Source: Demequinaceae bacterium (lineage in GTDB: Bacteria; Actinomycetota; Actinomycetes; Actinomycetales; Demequinaceae). Taken from it: a DNA stretch of 32,000 bases. The stretch lies in contig OZ252279.1 of assembly GCA_965250005.1 (NCBI GenBank), forward strand, positions 1,680,001 through 1,712,000, written 5' to 3'. Within the stretch, counting starts at the first letter, position 1, and each line of letters starts with the position of its first letter. The translations under genes and the position numbers were made by a program. The notes under the pieces were generated by a model that saw only the letters and a list, made by a program, of their open reading frames with translations, was not told the origin of the DNA and did no database searches. Positions 24,379-31,803 of the stretch are shown piece after piece.

Positions 24379-24852
24379 GTGAAGCGTCTGACCTTGCCCC
24401 GCGTGGGTGGGACGGCGGTGGTCGTCGGCGTCCTCAGTTGGCTCGTGGACTTCTTCCTACTCAGACGCGGCGCCACTCCACTGCCTGTGCCGTGGACGGT
24501 TCCGGCATCTCTGATCATCGCAGGCGCGGGCGCGCTGGCGCTCGGCTGGATGGTCAAGCAGTTCCAGGAAGGCAAGCGCCCCAACCTTGATCCGCTCCAG
24601 GCGGCGCGGACCGCGATGTTTGCGCAGGCCGCCGCCTACTCTGGCGCGGTGCTCTCCGGGGTCTATATTGGTCACCTGGTTGCGCTGCTACCAGACTGGT
24701 CCCACGCGCCGCGTCGCGAAGTCATCCTCGCCGCGGCGCTCGCCGCGCTCGCCGCTGTGCTGCTAAGCGTTGCGGGGTGGATTGCCGAGCGCTGGTGCGG
24801 CACCAAGCGCGGCGACGGAATCGACGCCGCAGCTCAGCCCGAGTCCGCATAG
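24379..24852 (+). CDS. Four-TM membrane protein (DUF3180-like by position and topology)
   Basis: The GTG at 24379 starts 1 nt after the folB-folK stop. There are four hydrophobic segments. Its position after folK matches the conserved actinobacterial neighbour as I recall it. The family assignment is not verified. Confidence 0.65.
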   Translation: MKRLTLPRVGGTAVVVGVLSWLVDFFLLRRGATPLPVPWTVPASLIIAGAGALALGWMVKQFQEGKRPNLDPLQAARTAMFAQAAAYSGAVLSGVYIGHLVALLPDWSHAPRREVILAAALAALAAVLLSVAGWIAERWCGTKRGDGIDAAAQPESA

Positions 24853-24880
24853 CCCTGCAACGGAATGAGAAACTAGCGAC

Positions 24881-25372
24881 ATGACATGGTTTGAACCCGA
24901 AGGCGCCGACTGGACATACGTTTCACGTCGGCTCATCCCCGCGCGGCTTATCATCATCTGGCTCACACTGCTACCCGGGCTCGTCATCACCGGCGCGATT
25001 GCAATGTGGGCGAGCGACGAGGCGGGTAATTGGCTCTGGACTTTGCCCGGTGTGGTCCTACTCATCGCGGTGTGGGTGTCGTGGGTTGGGACTCGGCAGG
25101 TCACAGCGCACGCCTGGGCCGAGCGAGAGGACGACCTCGTGGTCAAGCGCGGCCGCATCTTCCGCCGCGCGACCGTGGTTCCCTATGGGCGCATGCAGTA
25201 TGTCGAGGTGTCTTCTGGACCGCTCGCCCGTGCGTTTGGGATTGCGACAGTTCAGCTCCACACGGCTTCGCCTGGAACAGACGCGCACATCTCGGGCGTG
25301 CCTACTGATGAGGCGGCACGCCTGCGTGATCGGCTGACGACTCGCGGCGAAGCGCGGTTGGCGGGGCTGTGA
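24881..25372 (+). CDS. YdbS-like membrane protein with one bacterial PH (bPH_2) domain
   Basis: It has two N-terminal TM segments, then VVKRGRIFRRATVVPYGRMQYVEVSSGPLARAFGIATVQLHTA, which is typical of the YdbS/YdbT PH-domain family. Confidence 0.8.
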   Translation: MTWFEPEGADWTYVSRRLIPARLIIIWLTLLPGLVITGAIAMWASDEAGNWLWTLPGVVLLIAVWVSWVGTRQVTAHAWAEREDDLVVKRGRIFRRATVVPYGRMQYVEVSSGPLARAFGIATVQLHTASPGTDAHISGVPTDEAARLRDRLTTRGEARLAGL

Positions 25373-26919
25373 CAGCACCAGTCAGCGCGCCACGCGAGTG
25401 GACAAGGCTGCACTGGGTCACGCCGGTTCTTGGCGCGGGTCAGGGCTTAGTCGTCGTTGGCGCGCTTCTCGCGTACCAGAACCAGACGATCCGACAGTTG
25501 CAGGAATCCGTGCCGGAGTGGATCCCAGTAGCCGCATTCGTGCTGATCGCGGCAGCAATCTCGGGCTTGAGTGCACTTCAATGGCGCATGAATCACTTCC
25601 GCATTAGCGACGACGCGGTCGAGCAACGCAAGGGAGTCTTGTTTCGTCAGCAGCGCCAAGCTCGCCTAGACCGGCTCCAAGCCGTCGATGTGGTGCAACC
25701 CCTCGTGGCCCGCATATTCGGCTTCGCAGAACTCAAAGTCGAAGTTGCCGGTGGCAAGGAATCGGGAATCAAACTTCAGTACTTGAGGCTCGAGCACGCT
25801 GAGGCTTTGCGCAACGAGATCCTTGCCCTCGCAGCGGGACGGAAGGTCGGCACCGTCGACGCCGCGTCGCGAGCCACGGCTGGCGAGTCCGCGGCGGTTG
25901 ACGTCGAGACGCTGCCAGCAGACGTGGTCGCGGAGGTCAGCCCGTTCAGTCGAGCCGACCAGGTCGCCGCCGTGGCGACTCAGGCGGCACCCGAGCGCGA
26001 GGTATTCAAGGTCCCCGCGGGGCGACTCATCGGCTCCGTATTGCTTTCCTGGCCGATTGTGATCCTGGTGTCGCTCCCCCTTCTGGTGGGAATCGCGCTC
26101 CTGCTAGGTGCGACGGCCGGCGGGTTCTCGCTCCCGGACGACTTGTCACTGGGTGAAGCTTTGGGCGGAGGCGCTCTCGGGTCTGCCTGGGGCCTGATTG
26201 CGGCAGCGGCCGCACTATGGGCGCAACTCAATTCAGGATTCAACTTTACGGCTGGCATTGCGGCAGACGGCATTCGCCTCAAGCACGGACTCCTCGACAC
26301 TCGCCGCCAGACGGTTCCTCCCGGCCGGGTCCAGGCGCTCCGGCTGCGCCAATCGCTCCTCTGGCGCAAATACGACTGGTGGCGCGTCACGATCAACGTG
26401 GCGGGCTATCAAGACGACCAGGCGGCTGTCTCAACCCTGCTACCCGTAGGGCCGCGCAGGGACGCGCTGTATGCGCTTTGGCTAGTTCTTCCCGACCTAG
26501 GAGACCCGGACCCCGCAGGGACCATCTCGGCGGCGCTCACGGGCAAGCGGGGCGAGAACGGTTTCACGGCCAGTCCTCCGCGCTCGTGGGTTTACGACCT
26601 GCTGCAGTGGCGTCACCGAGGTGTGCGCGCCACCGATCGCGCGCTTATCATCCGTCGCGGCCTGTTCGTGCGGGAAGTATTCGTTGTTCCGCACGAGCGC
26701 ACACAGTCCCTCGCGATCCGGCAGGGTCCGCTTCAACGCGCTCTTCGGCTCGCCACCCTTGCGGTGCACTCGACCAACGGGACGGTTCGTCCTGTGGCAG
26801 AGCACTTGGACATTGATGACGCGCGCGCGATCATCGAGGACCAAGCGCGCCGGGCTCGAGAAGGCCGCGAACGGCAGACGCCCGCGCAGTGGATGGCCAC
26901 CGTCGGCGCCGAGGGATAG
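25369..26919 (+). CDS. YdbT-like membrane protein with three bPH_2 domains
   Basis: It has three repeats of the same PH-like module (RKGVLFRQQRQARLDRLQAVDV...; KHGLLDTRRQTVPPGRVQALRL...; RRGLFVREVFVVPHERTQSLAI...) interleaved with TM segments. Its GTG overlaps the YdbS-like stop (GTGA). Confidence 0.8.
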   Translation: MTAPVSAPREWTRLHWVTPVLGAGQGLVVVGALLAYQNQTIRQLQESVPEWIPVAAFVLIAAAISGLSALQWRMNHFRISDDAVEQRKGVLFRQQRQARLDRLQAVDVVQPLVARIFGFAELKVEVAGGKESGIKLQYLRLEHAEALRNEILALAAGRKVGTVDAASRATAGESAAVDVETLPADVVAEVSPFSRADQVAAVATQAAPEREVFKVPAGRLIGSVLLSWPIVILVSLPLLVGIALLLGATAGGFSLPDDLSLGEALGGGALGSAWGLIAAAAALWAQLNSGFNFTAGIAADGIRLKHGLLDTRRQTVPPGRVQALRLRQSLLWRKYDWWRVTINVAGYQDDQAAVSTLLPVGPRRDALYALWLVLPDLGDPDPAGTISAALTGKRGENGFTASPPRSWVYDLLQWRHRGVRATDRALIIRRGLFVREVFVVPHERTQSLAIRQGPLQRALRLATLAVHSTNGTVRPVAEHLDIDDARAIIEDQARRAREGRERQTPAQWMATVGAEG

Positions 26920-26925
26920 CGAACG

Positions 26926-27834
26926 ATGCACGATCCGGTGCCGGCCAAGCCGGCCAGGCCCGGCCGCCTCGATGTTGGCGTGGTGGGTGCAGGGCACGTT
27001 GGTGCCGTGATCGGGGCGGCGTTGAGGGCGGCCGGGCACAGCGTCACTGGCGCTTCCGGAGTTTCTGAACAGTCCGTGACCCGCATCGAAGCCCTGTTGC
27101 CCGGCGTTGCGCACCTTGACCCGGAGCACGTGGTCCGGTCCTGCGGCCTGGTGGTAATTGCGGTCCCCGACGACGCCCTGGTGAGCCTTGTCGCCGGGCT
27201 CGCCAAGGTCGGCGCCTGGCGACCGGGCCAGATCGCCTTCCATACGTCGGGCTTGCATGGGCTCGGGGCACTCGAGCCGGCTACTGCGGCTGGGGTCATC
27301 GGCTTGGCGATACACCCCGCCATGACCTTCACAGGTACGTCGCTGGATCTCATGCGCGTCAGGGACGTAGCGTTCGCCGTCACGGCGCCCGCGCCGGTGC
27401 TGCCCATTGGACAGGCGCTGGTCGTGGAGATTGGCGGCACCCCTTTCGTTCTGGACGATGCGGCGCGGCCGAGCTATCACGCGGCGCTCGTACATGCGGC
27501 GAATCACGCGGTCACGGCGTTCTCGCAGGCCGCGGCTTTGCTTGCGAAGGCCGGGGTGGAGAACCCCGGGCGTGTACTTGGACCTGTGGTTCATGCCTCG
27601 ATCGAGGGCGCCGCCGTCGAGGAGCCCGGAGCCATCACGATGCTTTCGGGCCCGGTGGTGCGAGGAGATTCCGGGACGGTGGCGGCCCATGTCGAAGCGC
27701 TCGCGCCCCACCCCGCCACGCTTGCTGCCTATGTTGCGATGGCCCGAGCGACTGCTCGCCTTGTGTGCGATGCGGGAAGGTTGTCCGAGGCCCAGTACCG
27801 TGAAGTCATGGAAGCGCTCGGCGGGGACTCATGA
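26926..27834 (+). CDS. Rossmann-fold NAD(P)-binding protein with DUF2520-like C-terminus (candidate ketopantoate reductase)
   Basis: The N-terminal motif is VGVVGAGHVGAVIGAAL. The protein is Ala-rich and about 300 aa. It lies immediately upstream of panC and overlaps it (ATGA). The functional guess comes from context only. Confidence 0.7.
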   Translation: MHDPVPAKPARPGRLDVGVVGAGHVGAVIGAALRAAGHSVTGASGVSEQSVTRIEALLPGVAHLDPEHVVRSCGLVVIAVPDDALVSLVAGLAKVGAWRPGQIAFHTSGLHGLGALEPATAAGVIGLAIHPAMTFTGTSLDLMRVRDVAFAVTAPAPVLPIGQALVVEIGGTPFVLDDAARPSYHAALVHAANHAVTAFSQAAALLAKAGVENPGRVLGPVVHASIEGAAVEEPGAITMLSGPVVRGDSGTVAAHVEALAPHPATLAAYVAMARATARLVCDAGRLSEAQYREVMEALGGDS

Positions 27835-28679
27835 GGGTAGTAAAAAAAGCTGTGGACATCGGTCCGCGCTATGCCGGACACTCGCGCGCCGTAGTCATGA
27901 CAATGGGAGCGTTGCACGAAGGCCACCTATCGCTGGTGCGCACGGCGCGCGCCGCAGCGGACGAGGTTGTGGTCTCGATCTTCGTCAATCCGCTCCAGTT
28001 CGATCAGCCAGAGGACCTCGCCCGGTATCCGCGCACGCTGGACGAGGATGTCGAGATGCTCGAGGCCGCGGGTGTCGACGTGCTCTTCGCACCGCTCGCG
28101 AGCGACATGTACCCGCGGGGCGATCCAATCGTCCGCGTGAGTGCTGGGCGAATTGGCCAGGTGTTCGAGGGCGCGCATCGGCCTGGCCACTTTGACGGCG
28201 TGCTGACCGTCGTCATCAAACTGCTGCACATGACGCGTCCCGACCTTGCGATTTTTGGCCAGAAGGATGCGCAGCAACTGATCGCCATCAAGGCGATGGT
28301 GCGGGACCTTGACGTCCGTTCAGAGATCGTGGGCTCGCCTACCATTCGCAACGCGGAAGGTCTCGCGCTGTCGAGCCGCAACCGCTTCCTTTCGGAGGCG
28401 GACCACGCGAACGCGCTCAACCTCAGTGGCGCGCTGCTTGCAGCGGTCAGCCGTGCCGAAGCGGGCGACGGTGTGGGGGAGGTGCTTGCGGCGGGCTACG
28501 CGGTTCTGGCTGACGCCCCTCAAGTTCAGCTCGACTACTTCGTGGCGCTCGACCCCGGTACCAGCGAAGCAGTACCCAGCGGGCACGTGGGCGACGTTAT
28601 CCTCGCTGTCGCTGCCCGCGTTGGCGAAACACGGCTCATCGACAACATGGCAGCCAAGATCAAAGGAAGCACGTCATGA
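27831..28679 (+). CDS. panC: Pantoate--beta-alanine ligase
   Basis: Motifs are MTMGALHEGHLSLV (HxGH), SIFVNPLQF, FGQKDAQQ and SSRN. Confidence 0.93.
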   Translation: MRVVKKAVDIGPRYAGHSRAVVMTMGALHEGHLSLVRTARAAADEVVVSIFVNPLQFDQPEDLARYPRTLDEDVEMLEAAGVDVLFAPLASDMYPRGDPIVRVSAGRIGQVFEGAHRPGHFDGVLTVVIKLLHMTRPDLAIFGQKDAQQLIAIKAMVRDLDVRSEIVGSPTIRNAEGLALSSRNRFLSEADHANALNLSGALLAAVSRAEAGDGVGEVLAAGYAVLADAPQVQLDYFVALDPGTSEAVPSGHVGDVILAVAARVGETRLIDNMAAKIKGSTS

Positions 28680-29143
28680 CATTCAAGACCCTGCAACGGC
28701 CCATGATGATCTGCAAAATTCATCGCGCGACTGTGACTCAGGCGGACCTACACTACGTCGGCTCGATCACTATTGATGCAACGCTCATGGAGGCTGCGGA
28801 TCTTATGCCCGGCCAGCAAGTCGATGTGGTCGACGTGACCAATGGCAACCGTCTCACCACGTATGCGATTCCGGGCGCCCCGGGCACGGGACAGATCTGC
28901 ATTAACGGCGCGGCTGCGCATTTGATCGACCCCGGCGACGTGGTGATCATTATCGCGTACGGGTTGATTGGGGACGAGGAAGCACATCACTACGAGCCTG
29001 CCGTGGTCTTTGTGGACGCGGACAACAAGATTGTGAACGTGGGCTGCGAGCCTGGAGAGGTGCCTGACGGCACCGACCTCAAGCGCTCGGGCGTCCCGAT
29101 AGGTGAGTTTCGCACCACCGGCTGGCCGGCGTTTCGGCGATGA
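28676..29143 (+). CDS. panD: Aspartate 1-decarboxylase
   Basis: Motifs are KIHRATVTQADLHYVGSITID (Gly-Ser self-cleavage site) and INGAAAHL. The ATG overlaps the panC stop (ATGA). Confidence 0.92.
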   Translation: MTFKTLQRPMMICKIHRATVTQADLHYVGSITIDATLMEAADLMPGQQVDVVDVTNGNRLTTYAIPGAPGTGQICINGAAAHLIDPGDVVIIIAYGLIGDEEAHHYEPAVVFVDADNKIVNVGCEPGEVPDGTDLKRSGVPIGEFRTTGWPAFRR

Positions 29144-30837
29144 GTTTTGCACGGCGCCTAGTTGCGCCCGAGCCGGGCTGGGTTACCGAAGCCGACGTCA
29201 TTGTCATCGGGTCCGGTGTCGCGGGGTTGACTGCCGCACTAGAACTGCGCACCAAGGTGGACCGCGTGTTGGTGGTGACAAAGGGGGTGCTGTCCTCCGG
29301 GTCAACCGTGTGGGCGCAGGGTGGAATCGCGGCCGCGCTAGCTCCTGAAGACACTCCTGACGCGCACATGCGCGACACGCTGATCGCGGGGGCAGGCGTG
29401 TGCAGTGAGCGTGCTGTCGAGGCGCTGGTGACGGAGGGCCCGGAGCGGGTGCGCGACCTCATGGCGCGCGGCGCGAACTTCGACATTGGCGACGATGGAG
29501 GCATCTCGCTCACGCGTGAGGGCGGCCATCATGCGGATCGGATCGCGCACGCGGGCGGCGATGCAACGGGCGCCGAGATCTCACGCGCACTGATCGCGCA
29601 ACTCGAGGCGATTCGCACCGACCCAGGCATCGAAGTGATCGAACACGCGCTGGTGGTCGACCTCCTCACCGGCGCCCCCAATGCCGACGGCCTGCCCGGC
29701 CCCGTCTGCGGTGTCACCCTGCACGTGATTGGCGAGGGAACGCGCGACGGAATCGGCGCGGCGCTTGCCAAGGCCGTGATTGTTTCCACGGGCGGCATTG
29801 GCCAGGTGTTCATGGCATCGACTAACCCGCCCGCGGCCACGGGCGACGGCATCGCCATGGGCTTGCGTGCCGGCGCGGCAGTGGCCGACATCGAGTTTGT
29901 GCAGTTCCACCCGACCGTGCTGTGGCTGGGCTCGGGTGCGCGCGGCCAGCAGCCACTCATATCTGAGGCCGTTCGGGGCGAAGGCGCACTCCTGCTGAAC
30001 TCGGACGGCCAGCGGTTCATGCCCGAGGTCCACCCGCAGGCGGAACTCGCACCACGCGACGTGGTGTCGCACGCGATCGTTGAGCAGATCGCCAGCAACG
30101 GCGTCGAGAGCGTCTTCCTTGACGCGCGTCACCTTGGCCGTGAGTTTCTTGACGAGCGCTTCCCCACCATCCAGGCACGCCTGGAAGAGCACTCGCTTTC
30201 GCTGGCGCGGGACCTGATTCCCGTCGCGCCTGCGCAGCATTATCACTCGGGCGGAATCCTCACCGACCTGCGCGGGCGCAGCACGGTAGACGGCCTGTAC
30301 GCGGCGGGGGAGGCCGCGTGCACCGGAGTGCACGGCGCCAACCGGCTCGCATCCAACTCGCTGCTCGAGGGGCTCGTTTACGCGTACCGTGCGGCGCGCG
30401 ATGTGGCGACCCGCGTGGCCGACGGAGACCTGCCGCAGTTCAGCCCCGAGGAGCGTCCCGGCACCGTGGGTCTTCTCCCGGCCACCAAGCGCGCTGAAAT
30501 CCAGAAGCACGCGCATGCGGGTGGCGGGCCCGTCCGCAACGCGGACGGCATCATCGCTGCTCAGAAGGAGTTGAGGGCGATTCGCCGACCGGGGCGCTTC
30601 GATCATCCCGACGTCGAGGTCATTCCACAGACGGCAGAGTGGGAGACCACAAACGTCGCGCAGACGGCGGCCGTCTTGCTTGCCACCGCCTTCGAGCGCG
30701 AAGAGAGCCGCGGCGGGCACTTCCGTAGTGACTTCCCCGAGGATGACGACGCGTGGAAGGTGCGCATCGCAGCGCGGTTTGACGGGGACAACGAACTGGT
30801 GCTCGAGCGAGAGCCGCTGGAGCGCAAGTTGGCCTAG
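29140..30837 (+). CDS. nadB: L-aspartate oxidase
   Basis: Motifs are the FAD-binding VIVIGSGVAGLTAA, HAGGDATG, FVQFHPT, GANRLASNSLLEG and RGGHFR. The ATG overlaps the panD stop (ATGA). Confidence 0.92.
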   Translation: MSFARRLVAPEPGWVTEADVIVIGSGVAGLTAALELRTKVDRVLVVTKGVLSSGSTVWAQGGIAAALAPEDTPDAHMRDTLIAGAGVCSERAVEALVTEGPERVRDLMARGANFDIGDDGGISLTREGGHHADRIAHAGGDATGAEISRALIAQLEAIRTDPGIEVIEHALVVDLLTGAPNADGLPGPVCGVTLHVIGEGTRDGIGAALAKAVIVSTGGIGQVFMASTNPPAATGDGIAMGLRAGAAVADIEFVQFHPTVLWLGSGARGQQPLISEAVRGEGALLLNSDGQRFMPEVHPQAELAPRDVVSHAIVEQIASNGVESVFLDARHLGREFLDERFPTIQARLEEHSLSLARDLIPVAPAQHYHSGGILTDLRGRSTVDGLYAAGEAACTGVHGANRLASNSLLEGLVYAYRAARDVATRVADGDLPQFSPEERPGTVGLLPATKRAEIQKHAHAGGGPVRNADGIIAAQKELRAIRRPGRFDHPDVEVIPQTAEWETTNVAQTAAVLLATAFEREESRGGHFRSDFPEDDDAWKVRIAARFDGDNELVLEREPLERKLA

Positions 30838-30907
30838 CCGCGAGGTGGTCTAGTCGTGAGGAGCCGCGAATCTCTACAACGCTTCGGGCATCGCCTTCCG
30901 TGTCGCT

Positions 30908-31233
30908 CTGGCCCTCAATGGGAAACTCTGCGCGGCTCCACACGCTGGTGCCGCCGGCAACGTTAACCACGTCGTGGCCGCGCTCGGCTAGCCAGAGTCG
31001 GCACTGCTCGGAGCGGTTGCCGGTTTGGCAAATGAAATGAGGTAGATGGGGGACTCCATTGCGCGGAGCTCCTCGTGCCGTGCGGTGAGTTCGCTCATGG
31101 GCAATAGCGTCGCGCCTGCTGCGCGCCCACCGGCAAACTCGAGAGCCTCGCGCACGTCCACGAGCGTCCCGGGCTCCCCGGCCTGGAGTGAGGCGCGGAG
31201 CGCCCTCACGTCGACCGTGCCTTTAGGCAGCAC
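30908..31233 (-). pseudogene. Single-domain rhodanese (sulfurtransferase) disrupted by a 5-bp tandem duplication at the active-site Cys codon
   Basis: The N-terminal part (GTG at 31233; LVDVREALEF...PIYLI) ends in a premature TAG at 30988. The rest of the domain (CQTGNRSEQCRLWLAERGHDVVNVAGGTSVW) is in another frame. On the + strand AAATGAAATG lies at 31030-31039. Removing one AAATG restores ...PIYLICQTGNRS.... The repaired frame has no stop until 30620, so the 3' end is undefined. Confidence 0.7.
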
Positions 31234-31391
31234 GGTCCCACGATTCTGGGCGCGCTTGCTGGGCTTGCCCGCGATGAGGCGCAGGCACTTTGGGCCAGAA
31301 CTGATTCGTCTCCGTGTTCATTGTTGCCTTCCGGGTTCGGGGGTCCGACGACGGGCGCGAAATGACCCAGCGGGGGCGCGCAAGTGGGAAG

Positions 31392-31661
31392 TTAGGCGAG
31401 CGACATGAACATTTTTTGGAGGCGTTCGCGCGCCGCAGACGCCGTCTCGCCCTTGGCGATGCACTGCTCTAGCCCGGCCGCGATCATGGTGAATCCGGCG
31501 CGGTCGATGGCCTTGGACACCGCGGCGAGCTGGGTTACAACCTCCCCGCACTCACGGTTGTCCTCGATCATTCGCAAAATGCCGTCGAGTTGGCCGCGAG
31601 CGCGCTTGAGGCGCTTGACTACGGGCTCCATGTCCTCTTCCGTCAGGTGTACGTCGTTCAT
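31392..31661 (-). CDS. CsoR/RcnR-family (DUF156) transcriptional repressor, Cys-x-Cys type lacking the Cu(I) His ligand
   Basis: RLKRARGQLDGILRMIE..C38...GLEQC67 aligns with M. tuberculosis CsoR (C36, H61, C65, recalled). The His61 position is Gly63 here. The protein is 89 aa. Confidence 0.85.
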   Translation of the reverse strand: MNDVHLTEEDMEPVVKRLKRARGQLDGILRMIEDNRECGEVVTQLAAVSKAIDRAGFTMIAAGLEQCIAKGETASAARERLQKMFMSLA

Positions 31662-31721
31662 TGCTTTGACTCCTCACGCCTGCATCGCACTAGTAGAAGC
31701 CCCTCCAGCGTTGCCGAAAGC

Positions 31722-31740
31722 ATACCCCCACTGGTACCCA
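31722..31740. promoter_or_regulatory. Candidate CsoR-family operator (ATACCCCCACTGGTACCCA) in the divergent regulator/nadC gap
   Basis: A C-tract is flanked by the inverted TACC...GGTA, which resembles the GC-tract pseudo-palindromes of CsoR/CstR operators. It is imperfect (4-bp arms). It lies 61-79 nt upstream of the regulator start. Confidence 0.3.
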
Positions 31741-31803
31741 TTCCGGCCAGACCTCCGTCACAGTTGCGAAACTGGGCAAACCCGCAACAATGGGCAAGTG
31801 ACC

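Noticed and set aside
31300-31328. Short sequence echoes of the paralog-2 promoter region near the rhodanese start: CCGTGTTCATTG (31311-31322 versus 14580-14591), and GATTCGTCTC (31304-31313), the reverse complement of GAGACGAATC at 14559-14568.
   Set aside because: Exact 10-12-mers are expected by chance many times among all position pairs in a 32-kb window. The dyad is incomplete here (only one half-site), and no + strand gene lies downstream. This is not enough to claim a shared regulatory element.
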